From: a virus | Length of the DNA stretch: 64,000 nt | Strand: one strand, 5' to 3' | IMG/VR virus record: IMGVR_UViG_3300045988_131228 | Coordinates: 96,001-160,000 of that record | Shown here: one piece after another, positions 55,685 to 64,000 of the stretch | Position numbering within the stretch: the first letter of the stretch is position 1 | Layout of the letters: every line of letters begins with the position of its first letter | Made by a program: the position numbers and the translations under genes | The notes under the pieces: generated by a model | What the model saw: the letters and a program-made list of their open reading frames with translations, nothing else | What the model was told of the DNA's origin: nothing | The model's database searches: none

Positions 55685-56137
55685 TCAACCAAACGTAATT
55701 ACTCCACCTGGATATTCTCTGAAAAATTGTGATACTCGTTCTAATTGTTTATCCGTCAATTTAAAATATCTTTTTCGTAAAAATCTTCTCAAATCTCTAC
55801 GACTTCTAATAATTCTTCGTGGATAATTAGAAATCCTAAATGTGTCATGGTATTCAAGAACATCAGTATATAATTTTGAGCATTTTCCAATTTCCTTATA
55901 TGTCTTATCTATGCCTGAACCATATCCTAATTGCCACCAATAAAATCCATATACACAAGGAATATTTTCATTATATGATTTCATAAGAAGATCATATAAA
56001 TTCTTATCATATAATCCAATTTCAATATTCTTTTTAGAATCACCTGTTAAATAATATATTTCCTTTGGTGCGTTTTCTTTCATTTTCTCAAATTCTTTGT
56101 CTGTAATTGGTCTACTAAACCAAGTATGACATCCCAT
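55685..56137 (-). CDS. hypothetical protein
   Basis: 150-aa ORF. Confidence 0.55.
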   Translation of the reverse strand: MGCHTWFSRPITDKEFEKMKENAPKEIYYLTGDSKKNIEIGLYDKNLYDLLMKSYNENIPCVYGFYWWQLGYGSGIDKTYKEIGKCSKLYTDVLEYHDTFRISNYPRRIIRSRRDLRRFLRKRYFKLTDKQLERVSQFFREYPGGVITFG

Positions 56138-56151
56138 ATTTAATTCCCCTC

Positions 56152-56343
56152 TTAATCATGATTTTCTTTACTCAACTCTTGTTTATATCTTCTGTTTCTC
56201 CTTTTATTTTTAATACTTTGTTGTTCTTTTAAAAGTTTACATCCATTGCAATTATTTCTATTTTTACAGAACCAACAATTATCAGTTTCTAAGAACCACC
56301 AGTAAGGCGGAGACGGACGATGTTTTCTTTTTGCTTTGCCTAT
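56152..56343 (-). CDS. hypothetical basic Cys-rich 63-aa protein with putative ATA start
   Basis: AAAGGTGGTGA-N6-ATA. 64 codons verified by hand (IGKAKRKHRPSPPYWWFLETDNCWFCKNRNNCNGC...). Confidence 0.5.
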   Translation of the reverse strand: MGKAKRKHRPSPPYWWFLETDNCWFCKNRNNCNGCKLLKEQQSIKNKRRNRRYKQELSKENHD

Positions 56344-56387
56344 TGAGAATCACCACCTTTGATACAATGAAAGATTTCTTTCAACTG

Positions 56388-56822
56388 TTAATTATCGCAA
56401 ATTATGTATCTATATCCCATATTCTTACTACATAATTCAATCATATACGAATCTAAAGTATCAAATTTTATCAAACATCTTGTTCTATCATCAAAAAAGA
56501 ATTTTTCTCCAAATGTATCAAGTCCAGAACTTTCGTTAATTATTTTAATAAAATCAGATATCTCGTATATACAAACATTAAATCCAACAACACTAGCAAT
56601 TTCTTCCTCTGATAGAAGATCTTCGTTTTTTACACAATCCAAATATTCGTCTACTTCTCTACAAAAATTTTTATATAACGATTTAATATCTTTCCCACTA
56701 TATATACAATTTTCAGGAACTTTTTCAATATATCCCATTAATCTATTTGTTCTTGTTTCTAATTCAATAGTTCCTGTTAAACCTTTATATGATTTTAATT
56801 TTCCTAAAAATACTGTTTTCAT
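56388..56822 (-). CDS. hypothetical protein
   Basis: 144-aa ORF. The + strand ORF 56404..56874 is its shadow. Confidence 0.55.
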   Translation of the reverse strand: MKTVFLGKLKSYKGLTGTIELETRTNRLMGYIEKVPENCIYSGKDIKSLYKNFCREVDEYLDCVKNEDLLSEEEIASVVGFNVCIYEISDFIKIINESSGLDTFGEKFFFDDRTRCLIKFDTLDSYMIELCSKNMGYRYIICDN

Positions 56823-56826
56823 GAAA

Positions 56827-57003
56827 TCAACCTTTCATCTCATCAGATCCCCTACTTACACTCCAAAATTGTAAGAAATTATATTGAAAACATTCAGCAG
56901 AAAAGTCTGAATAACTCTGCAACTTATCTGGTTTGGCTTGCGCCTTGTAGCAATGACTACGTTTAGGGCAGTCACTACTACAGCACATTGTAATATCAGG
57001 CAT
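56827..57003 (-). CDS. hypothetical 58-aa Cys-rich protein (MPDITMCC..CP..C)
   Basis: Hand translation. ATG 57003 overlaps the end of the upstream small ORF. Confidence 0.4.
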   Translation of the reverse strand: MPDITMCCSSDCPKRSHCYKAQAKPDKLQSYSDFSAECFQYNFLQFWSVSRGSDEMKG

Positions 57004-57121
57004 TTTTATTACTGTCTTTCTTCTTACGTTTCACAGAATCAGCTTTAATTTTAAGATGCTCATTCTCAATTTTTCTCATCATTCCTCTGGATTTTCCTGT
57101 CTGCTTGCATGTAATTCCCAT
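56996..57121 (-). CDS. hypothetical basic 41-aa protein
   Basis: Hand translation MGITCKQTGKSRGMMRK... Confidence 0.3.
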   Translation of the reverse strand: MGITCKQTGKSRGMMRKIENEHLKIKADSVKRKKKDSNKNA

Positions 57122-57154
57122 GGTGTTTTCTCCTTTATTCTTTTCTTCTATATT

Positions 57155-58080
57155 TTATTTCTTCATAAAACTAAATATCCAAGCTATCATATCAACAGTC
57201 CAACCATTACCAATAGCTTCAAATCTTCTTGTCTTTGGCATTTTTACAATGTTTCCATCTTCGTTCAACCCAAACTCCGTATATCCATCTGGTAATGTTT
57301 GAAGTCTTTCTATCTCAACAGGACAAGTTTTCTTATATGTTTCTCCACCTAACCAAACGTTGAATTTAGTTTCAGTTCTACATCTTGGAACTGTTGGTGC
57401 TTTATTATCAAGAAAATACATCCTATCTTGCTGAGAAAAATGTCCTTTTCCGCTTAAATCATACTTTATGTAATTCTCACATTTAATCAATGTGTTTCTG
57501 ATACGATCATCAAAATGTTTAATCAGTTCAGAATCATCTACAATCACATCCTTTACTAAAATTCCTTTATCTTCTGGTTCTCCTTTTATTGGAATATTCG
57601 TCCAATATAATCTCTTGCGCCTCTGAGCTGAAACTAATTGGCTGTCTAAAAGCACAGGTTCAACACCAAGTTCTTTTGTGATAGCATCACGTATAGAATC
57701 TGCAATGCCATAATTGTTCTCATATAGAAAATATTTTGGTTTCGATTCATGTAACGCTCTTACATATTGCATAAACAATTTCCAACCATCTCCACCATGC
57801 ACGACTTCTCTTTTATGTTTTGCAGTTTTAGAACACTTTGCTGCTGAAAATTCAGTACAGGGACTACCACCAATTAACAAATCAATACCATCATATTTAC
57901 TAAAATCTTCATCAAAAACATCACCACATTGATAAATTGATGGATAATTATATCTACTTATCTTAATTGCATTCTGTTCAATCTCATAAGCATAGTAATC
58001 TTTAACCTTAAATCCAGATCTATCCAATGCAATTCTGCCACATGATATACCATCAAATAGACTTAATACTCTTAATCCAT
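57155..58080 (-). CDS. DNA (cytosine-5)-methyltransferase, 5' end unresolved
   Basis: Motif IV GGSPCTEFS, ENN(Y) motif VI-like, QRRKR, C-terminal GNGW. Motif I (LSLFDGISCG) is encoded in frame upstream of the first canonical start (TTG 58027). The frame is closed by TGA 58114..58112. ATG 58080 is one nt out of frame. Confidence 0.75.
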
Positions 58081-58296
58081 TCTCCGATGAATTATTATTT
58101 TTATCGGATAGTCATGAATGTCCGATTTATGCAGCATTACAAAGTTTATAGAAAGGAATTTAGGTAACTCCTAGGATAAAGTAGTTGTACAACTCCCTAT
58201 AAAATAAGGGAATTTGAGTCATTTAGTTGAAAATAATATTTCTTTGTTCTTGGAAATAATTTGGGTGATCACCCATAGAAATTTACTCGATATGTA

Positions 58297-58452
58297 TTAA
58301 TCATCCCAATAATCATAATCAGGATTCATAGGGCATTCAGGACATCTACAAACTAATTCTCCATATTCGTCCATATAATAATCATCACCATAACCACTAC
58401 ATTCATAACAGTAATCATATGGATCTTCTTCGTAATCGTCTAAATCATTCAT
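58297..58452 (-). CDS. hypothetical acidic 51-aa zinc-ribbon protein
   Basis: Hand translation MNDLDDYEEDPYDYCYECSG...CRCPEC... Confidence 0.4.
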   Translation of the reverse strand: MNDLDDYEEDPYDYCYECSGYGDDYYMDEYGELVCRCPECPMNPDYDYWDD

Positions 58453-58921
58453 CTTTCACCTCTAGTTTCTTTAAATCCTCAATACTCCAAGGTTCTTCAT
58501 CTTCCCATTTGATAAAGTCAAACATATTACCAAATAGATTATTAGAAATATAATAATAGTCACACATTGACATATTTTCGATACGCCAACCATCATATTC
58601 TTTAATTGGTAGTGAATCAATAGCATATAATACACCATTATTATCTCTTACAATGTACTTCCATTTAGCCAAAATCAAATCAAAGAACATTTTCTCTTTT
58701 GATGTAATTGTATACTTAGGTTTCTTTACATATTCTGATTCTGACCATTCATATCGTTTAATTCTACAAGTTTTTTCAGAATCTTTAGGACTTTTAAATA
58801 TACACTTCTTACAACTAATCTGACTACAATAGGTAATTTTGCTTGACTTTGTAACTGCAAATTCTAAACCTTTACACGCAACATCTAAAATTTCTTTAGC
58901 AAATTTTTCTCTATTCTTCAT
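58445..58921 (-). CDS. hypothetical protein
   Basis: 158-aa ORF. Confidence 0.55.
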   Translation of the reverse strand: MKNREKFAKEILDVACKGLEFAVTKSSKITYCSQISCKKCIFKSPKDSEKTCRIKRYEWSESEYVKKPKYTITSKEKMFFDLILAKWKYIVRDNNGVLYAIDSLPIKEYDGWRIENMSMCDYYYISNNLFGNMFDFIKWEDEEPWSIEDLKKLEVKDE

Positions 58922-58942
58922 TTAAACCTCCAATATACTTTA

Positions 58943-59197
58943 TTACATACGTATTTTGCTCACATTTTCATCTTTTGGCATTCTAAACGTAATATATTCA
59001 GAATCCCTTTTACAATAAGTTTTTTCAATTACATCTAAAACTTTTAACGCATTTTCTTCATTATATGCTCCCAATACTACTGAACTATTAGCATATGTAA
59101 TTTCAATATTGTTTATATGCGAATTGATTCTTTTAATTGAAATTGTTTTTCCTGCAATATCTACTAATTTTGTTCTATCTTGACTTCTGATTAACAT
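58943..59197 (-). CDS. hypothetical protein
   Basis: 84-aa ORF. Confidence 0.55.
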   Translation of the reverse strand: MLIRSQDRTKLVDIAGKTISIKRINSHINNIEITYANSSVVLGAYNEENALKVLDVIEKTYCKRDSEYITFRMPKDENVSKIRM

Positions 59198-59228
59198 ATT
59201 TTCTCCTTTGAAATGCCAATTTCTTCTG

Positions 59229-59414
59229 CTAGCTCAATTTCTTACCACACATAGGGCAATAATTAATTTTAACAACCAATCCATTTGAATCATATCCATG
59301 AATATCATATCCGTATGCAATAAGTTTTCTAGGATATTGAATTGCTATACCATAATCATTAGTTTTACCTATTATAAGTGGAACACCTTTATCACAATAT
59401 TTACATTTATTCAT
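59229..59414 (-). CDS. hypothetical zinc-ribbon protein
   Basis: CKYC ... CPMCG. Confidence 0.5.
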   Translation of the reverse strand: MNKCKYCDKGVPLIIGKTNDYGIAIQYPRKLIAYGYDIHGYDSNGLVVKINYCPMCGKKLS

Positions 59415-59429
59415 TTTTTTTATTTTCCA

Positions 59430-59729
59430 TTATTCAATACTTACTTTCTTTCCAGAATACATTTTCATCCGCTTCATCTTTTTAAGAAATAGTTTCATTT
59501 CGTATCCTGTAAGTCCTACACAAGTATTTCCAATTCCTTTATCATCTCCTAAATCTGGATCATAAGACTGCAAAATATGTCTACCAGATTTTTTGTGTAA
59601 AATGTCGACTTTTTGTGTAAAATTATATTTCTTATCTTTTCTTTCATAGCTACATCCATATTTATCTTCTTCAACTTTTGTAAATCCAATCTCTGCTATT
59701 TTCTCATCTACTGTTTTAAATAATTTCAT
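59430..59729 (-). CDS. hypothetical protein
   Basis: 99-aa ORF. Confidence 0.55.
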   Translation of the reverse strand: MKLFKTVDEKIAEIGFTKVEEDKYGCSYERKDKKYNFTQKVDILHKKSGRHILQSYDPDLGDDKGIGNTCVGLTGYEMKLFLKKMKRMKMYSGKKVSIE

Positions 59730-59764
59730 TTTGTGTCCTCCATATTTTAATTTTTATCATGATG

Positions 59765-60151
59765 TTACTTTTTAAATCCAGAACTATACTCAAAATCATC
59801 ATCATTGAATACAATAACTTCTTTATCACTCATACCACAAAATTCCATTTCATATTCTCTGATATAATTATCCATAGATTTCTGATGCATCTCTCCGAAA
59901 AATGGATATGGAAATGTACTCACTTCATGGTTTTTGACTTTATTGTAATCAATTCCTTTTGACACACTGATATGTTTATCAAATGCTTCTTCGTTAATTC
60001 TTACCCAGTCTATAATTGAGTTCATATTGAATGTATAAGCTGTTTCAGATCCTCTAGTATACGAAACAAAATCAATTACAAAATCTGTCCAGGGGTATTT
60101 CTTGCTTCTGAATATCATTCCTGTTTTATATTTCTCTTTATACTTTTTCAT
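59765..60151 (-). CDS. hypothetical protein
   Basis: 128-aa ORF. Confidence 0.55.
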   Translation of the reverse strand: MKKYKEKYKTGMIFRSKKYPWTDFVIDFVSYTRGSETAYTFNMNSIIDWVRINEEAFDKHISVSKGIDYNKVKNHEVSTFPYPFFGEMHQKSMDNYIREYEMEFCGMSDKEVIVFNDDDFEYSSGFKK

Positions 60152-60795
60152 TTACTCCTCTCATATTTCATTCTTCTCTCTACTTCTTTATCATTTTCCT
60201 CATCATTAAAATACTTGTAAGCTAACATCATAGGATAATCAGAATCTTTAGCTCTTGGATATAACATATATTCACACCAATTAACTTCTCCATCATCCCT
60301 AACCCAACTTGTCCCTTCGAATAAATTCAAGAAAACATTCTGATATGAATATTTTTCATTCTGCACAAAATAATCTTTGATGATTGTAGACTTATTATAT
60401 CCACTGATTTTTACAAGAATATTATCAATCATGACTCTTTTGCCTAATCGTACAAGCCATTTAATAAACTCTCTGTATGTTTCATCAAATTCTCTATCTC
60501 TCAAAGCAGCATCTACAACTAAGATGTATTCATCTTGTGTACGCAACATTCCTCTACTTCTTGTTCTCTCACCATACCAATCAGTTAAATTATTAGTTCT
60601 TTCACCAAATTCATCACAAGAACAGGAACTATTATGTCCATTCTTTTGAATTACATATACATCCATATCTTTCTCTGAACCAGAAACTATCGGTAAATGT
60701 GCCAGGACGGTATCAAGAATATACCTTTTCTGAGCTTGTGTGCATCCTATGGGAGATACTGTTATTGTTCCTGTTATGTAAGTCCAATATGACAT
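60148..60795 (-). CDS. hypothetical protein
   Basis: ATG 60795 just after the upstream TGA (track GTG 60804). Confidence 0.55.
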   Translation of the reverse strand: MSYWTYITGTITVSPIGCTQAQKRYILDTVLAHLPIVSGSEKDMDVYVIQKNGHNSSCSCDEFGERTNNLTDWYGERTRSRGMLRTQDEYILVVDAALRDREFDETYREFIKWLVRLGKRVMIDNILVKISGYNKSTIIKDYFVQNEKYSYQNVFLNLFEGTSWVRDDGEVNWCEYMLYPRAKDSDYPMMLAYKYFNDEENDKEVERRMKYERSK

Positions 60796-60800
60796 TATAA

Positions 60801-60986
60801 TCACTCACTTTCGTTATTATCTTCTGGTTGATTGAAGTAAATTCTGTCGATAATCTCATAAACTTCATCAACATCAAATGTTTCTACTTCTGGAAAATAT
60901 TTTCCGTTACAAATTCCACCGTGATAACGACTTGCATTATTATTCAACCTGTCTATTAATTCATTTCTAAATTCAACTGTTGTCAC
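60801..60986 (-). CDS. hypothetical protein
   Basis: 61-aa ORF. Confidence 0.45.
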   Translation of the reverse strand: MTTVEFRNELIDRLNNNASRYHGGICNGKYFPEVETFDVDEVYEIIDRIYFNQPEDNNESE

Positions 60987-61023
60987 TTTATCGCACCTCC
61001 TGAAAGCAATATTTCATATGTCG

Positions 61024-61197
61024 CTATATTCTCTGTTTTAATAATTTTGCCGTACTCTCAATTCTTTCAAGTAATGCCTTGTTATATTCATCAGGGATAT
61101 GTCCTTTTAATAATCCTAATACACAAAATTTAATATCTCCTAATTCTTCCATAATTGTCATCTGGTTTTCTAAAATTTCTCTAAATGCTGAGTTCAT
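61024..61197 (-). CDS. hypothetical 57-aa protein
   Basis: Hand translation MNSAFREILENQMT...KLLKQRI. Confidence 0.4.
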   Translation of the reverse strand: MNSAFREILENQMTIMEELGDIKFCVLGLLKGHIPDEYNKALLERIESTAKLLKQRI

Positions 61198-61327
61198 AAA
61201 ATAATCCTTTCTATAAATTTAATATTAATTTTTAATTATCCATTTTGGAAATATCGACTTGAACAAGTCATAGAAACATGATATGATTTTCTACATAGAT
61301 CACTGGTCTTGATCTATTCCAATAACT

Positions 61328-61657
61328 CTACTGATTGTCCACAACGTCAGTAGAGTTTTCTTTATGTACAGCAAAGCTATTTATATATTCTCTAAATTCT
61401 TCAAAATCTTCTTTAGAAAATATAGCCGATGCGTAGTAATAATCTTGATTGAATAAGATTGCAAAGATTTTTCGGAACTTTCTTCCTAATGTCCTAAAGA
61501 ATCCGTTATCTTGATCACGATAAAAGCTACCATTCGTATATGTCATATACATATAATCTTCAAAATCTTTATCAATCTTAAAGTGGATTCCATCATCACA
61601 TCCACATCTACAAGTTAAAATCAACTCTTTACCATCTTCTGTTCTTAATACCGCCAC
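61328..61657 (-). CDS. hypothetical protein
   Basis: 109-aa ORF, GGAGG-N8-GTG. Confidence 0.5.
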   Translation of the reverse strand: MAVLRTEDGKELILTCRCGCDDGIHFKIDKDFEDYMYMTYTNGSFYRDQDNGFFRTLGRKFRKIFAILFNQDYYYASAIFSKEDFEEFREYINSFAVHKENSTDVVDNQ

Positions 61658-61769
61658 CGCTATATCCTCCTAAATCTTCAATATTTAATTTTTGTCCTGT
61701 TAAAACTTTCCAAACATAATTCTGAATACGTTTTTCAATATGTTCTTTTAATTCTTTCTCTTTATCCAT
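61629..61769 (-). CDS. hypothetical small protein
   Basis: ATG 61769 overlaps the upstream TGA (TGATG). Track start 61811 lies inside the neighbouring gene. Confidence 0.4.
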   Translation of the reverse strand: MDKEKELKEHIEKRIQNYVWKVLTGQKLNIEDLGGYSGGGIKNRRW

Positions 61770-62029
61770 CAATAATCTCCCAAATATCCTGTGATAACTT
61801 CTATCATCCACAATAATTCATACCATACAATAGGTGCAAAAAAGCATTTTAAAAGCGAAATTGCTAATAATTTGACCGAAAATGCCCCTGCTGCAATGGA
61901 AAATAATAGATGAAAGACGGGTTTCATGAACAAAAATCCCCATGAAATTATCACGTTTGCTACCATCCCACCCAGAAAAACAATCCAACCTAACTTCCTA
62001 CGAAATTTATGTATCTTTTCTTTATTCAT
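61769..62029 (-). CDS. membrane protein
   Basis: 86 aa with three hydrophobic segments. Confidence 0.5.
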   Translation of the reverse strand: MNKEKIHKFRRKLGWIVFLGGMVANVIISWGFLFMKPVFHLLFSIAAGAFSVKLLAISLLKCFFAPIVWYELLWMIEVITGYLGDY

Positions 62030-62616
62030 TACTCTCCAATCAGCTCCTTATATACTTTTAATTTCTCAGCTAACTCAGGATTATCATTTGCATACATCTC
62101 ATATCGCTTTGTCTGATCCATTTCTGTAATCATTTTATCCATCTGTTTCTTAATCTTATCTGCTTCTTTCTTACATTCTGCTTTCTCTTTGCGTTCTTCC
62201 ATACGTTTATCATATGCTGATGTATCAACTTTGCAGATAACTTCTGCGGTAATACTTGCATTACATTCCTCTGGTGTAAGAATTTCCTCAATTGTAAGGA
62301 TATCTTTGTTTGAGCCACTTACTACAATTTTGTCTCCTGCTTTATATACTTTTCCATCATCATAAATTGCGTATGAATATTTCTTTCCGTAGCATCCTTC
62401 TTTTGTTACTGCGACCGCCTTATATCCTTCTAATTTCGCCATATCATTATCCTCACTTTCAATTATTACAACATCTTTTTTATATAGGTAAAGAATTATC
62501 CCATTGTCAAATTCAATCTGTACAATATCTGCATTTTCTTTAACAATTATCCCCTCTTTATAAAACATGCCATAAACATTACCAATGTATTTAACCCTAA
62601 GTCCTACACAACTCAA
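62029..62616 (-). CDS. hypothetical protein
   Basis: 195-aa ORF. Confidence 0.55.
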   Translation of the reverse strand: MSCVGLRVKYIGNVYGMFYKEGIIVKENADIVQIEFDNGIILYLYKKDVVIIESEDNDMAKLEGYKAVAVTKEGCYGKKYSYAIYDDGKVYKAGDKIVVSGSNKDILTIEEILTPEECNASITAEVICKVDTSAYDKRMEERKEKAECKKEADKIKKQMDKMITEMDQTKRYEMYANDNPELAEKLKVYKELIGE

Positions 62617-63416
62617 TTATTTACACCTTCTTTCAATCTCAACAATAATTTTACGTGGGTGTTGTCGTGAATATCGACATCGAAATCTTGTTTGATTTTA
62701 CTAGATGTAAATGGTAAGATATAATCTTCAAAATATATAATTTCATATTTATATGTAGGAATTTTACTAAGTAATTGTTCAAGAGTAATTGGAAAATAGT
62801 TTTCTCTCACTTCTCTATCCCAATTATCTTTATATCTATATTTCATGAGATAATGAATCAAATTCCTGTTATCTCGTAAACTTCCCCATATTGATTCATA
62901 ATCCATTATCTGTAATTCGTCTGCTCCCCTGATTACTTTTGTATAATCATTAATATCGCTCTGCCTATTGACTGATCTACTTACACAAAAATCTCTGATA
63001 GCTATGTATCCATAATCATATCCAAAAACATTATTCCAAAACTTATCAATTCCATTAATATTTGAATAAGAATATACTTCATGAATCACGCTTGATAAAT
63101 TTAATAATGTTTTATTTGGGTTATTTTCTTTCAAAGATTCTTTTAAATCACTTACATATTGAATGTTTTCTAGTTCATGAGGTGTCCTTGTTCCCGCAAG
63201 AGAAATCATAGCCTTGCTATTATCATATCCTATATATTGTAAATCTGGCATTTCACTATTCATTTCTCTAATTAATGTGCCATCAGCACATCCAAAATCA
63301 ACAACAGTGTTAATCTTCTCAATTTTACTCATCCAAAATAGTTTATCTGCGCTTGATTTCCCCATTCCTGATGTATAAGAATCATAATTCCTAATAATTT
63401 CTTCCACTATTTGCAC
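62613..63416 (-). CDS. Class I SAM-dependent methyltransferase (substrate unknown)
   Basis: Motif I VVDFGCADGTL. Start is either GTG 63416 or GTG 63407. Confidence 0.65.
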   Translation of the reverse strand: MQIVEEIIRNYDSYTSGMGKSSADKLFWMSKIEKINTVVDFGCADGTLIREMNSEMPDLQYIGYDNSKAMISLAGTRTPHELENIQYVSDLKESLKENNPNKTLLNLSSVIHEVYSYSNINGIDKFWNNVFGYDYGYIAIRDFCVSRSVNRQSDINDYTKVIRGADELQIMDYESIWGSLRDNRNLIHYLMKYRYKDNWDREVRENYFPITLEQLLSKIPTYKYEIIYFEDYILPFTSSKIKQDFDVDIHDNTHVKLLLRLKEGVNN

Positions 63417-63583
63417 CTCTTTTCTTCTGCTAATTTAAGCCATCTCAACAATTTTTCTTCTTCTCGCAACATTTCAGAATACATTTTGATAATCTGATCC
63501 TGTTCCTTATAAAACTGTCGTACATATCGAGGAAAATTATATCCAAACAACCACATAATTATTTTTTTCTTAATCCATGTCAT
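63407..63583 (-). CDS. hypothetical 58-aa protein
   Basis: GGTGA-N6-ATG 63583. Hand translation MTWIKKKIIMW... Confidence 0.4.
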   Translation of the reverse strand: MTWIKKKIIMWLFGYNFPRYVRQFYKEQDQIIKMYSEMLREEEKLLRWLKLAEEKRCK

Positions 63584-63589
63584 AATTTA

Positions 63590-63910
63590 TCACCCACTAT
63601 AATTTTCCCCGTAAATTGCGATTTCTGGTTTACCATTTTCATCTAATACATAATATGGCGTAATGCCACTATCAACATCACCATTTAAGAGAACATATAC
63701 AATTTTAGTTTCTGTATCATAAAGAAAAAATTCATCAATTAACATGTCACACATAGGATCTCTAAATCTTATTTTTTTAATCTCAACAAACTGACCAAAT
63801 ATATGATATTTATTTCCTTCTTTAGTAATTGTTCCATTATCGCCACATCCAGTAAACGAAAGTGCTAATCCAGATACAAGCAATCCAATTAATAGTTTCT
63901 TAACTTTCAT
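63590..63910 (-). CDS. Lipoprotein
   Basis: Signal peptide plus lipobox LSFTGC (MKVKKLLIGLLVSGLALSFTGCGDNG). Confidence 0.7.
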   Translation of the reverse strand: MKVKKLLIGLLVSGLALSFTGCGDNGTITKEGNKYHIFGQFVEIKKIRFRDPMCDMLIDEFFLYDTETKIVYVLLNGDVDSGITPYYVLDENGKPEIAIYGENYSG

Positions 63911-64000
63911 TTAATCACCATCCTTTTCTTTAGTTCATTCAGTAAATCATCATTAGAAAGTTGCTCTACAATTTCCTCTTTAAAACAGGTTTCAACTGTA
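63907..64000 (-). CDS. hypothetical protein, 5' part outside window
   Basis: Frame open to the window edge, ending ..NELKKRMVIK with its TGA overlapping the lipoprotein ATG. Confidence 0.4.
   Translation of the reverse strand, partial: TVETCFKEEIVEQLSNDDLLNELKKRMVIK

Noticed and set aside
58090-58300. Group I intron or other self-splicing element interrupting the C5-methyltransferase 5' end.
   Set aside because: The gap is only about 183 nt. No upstream exon encoding an N-terminus is present, because the preceding ORF ends with its own stop. I could not trace a P3-P7 core. A 1-nt homopolymer indel explains the defect more simply.
1-64000. Stop-codon reassignment (TGA or TAG read as sense), considered because several genes appeared to lack starts.
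   Set aside because: TAA, TAG and TGA all coincide with gene ends that abut the SD or start of the next gene. Extending the start-less frames through the upstream TGA meets another stop within a few codons (for example TAA at 21417..21415 and 58129..58127).

Overview
AT-rich 64-kb segment of a large temperate phage or prophage of Firmicutes type; host assignment is inference only. Layout: the end of the late, virion-side genes on the + strand (1-7213), convergent terminators and a small autonomous gene, then a large serine recombinase and about 56 kb of tightly packed minus-strand genes. The + strand region holds a tail-fibre-like gene, a retroelement cassette, two small ORFs, a CHAP/SH3b endolysin and a holin-like protein. 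The first 20 kb of the minus-strand block (9.7-30.4 kb) is a recognisable nucleotide-metabolism, replication and recombination module: dUTPase, class II RNR, 5'-nucleotidase, kinase, ThyX, NAD-ligase, Pol III alpha, Cas4-like nuclease, primase-helicase, SSB, Sak4-like ATPase and an ERCC4 nuclease. The rest (30.6-64 kb) is about 90 small early-type ORFs, mostly unassignable. Exceptions are an HNH-AP2 homing endonuclease, N6-adenine, C5-cytosine and class-I SAM methyltransferases, a radical-SAM enzyme, a YpsA/DUF1273-like SLOG protein and a lipoprotein. No rRNA, convincing tRNA or CRISPR array was seen. The main finding is a diversity-generating retroelement (DGR). The last 93 nt of the tail-fibre-like gene (998-1090) and a non-coding copy (2686-2778) differ at 15 positions, all adenines in the downstream copy. 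An RT with the DGR-type IGxxxSQ and YMDD motifs lies next to it. The cassette is atypical: an RNase H gene sits where avd normally lies, no Avd-like ORF is visible, and a GIY-YIG homing endonuclease is inserted between VR and TR. Second, at least four genuine-looking genes have no ATG/GTG/TTG start but share the geometry GGTGA-N6-ATA/ATT, suggesting AUA/AUU initiation. Third, at least six reading frames are broken at short homopolymers, including the RT, the GIY-YIG gene and the C5-methyltransferase. These are most simply assembly indels, so gene starts and pseudogene calls here are provisional. Several ORF-track starts are upstream TTG/GTG codons; I moved them to SD-preceded ATGs where that was obvious.
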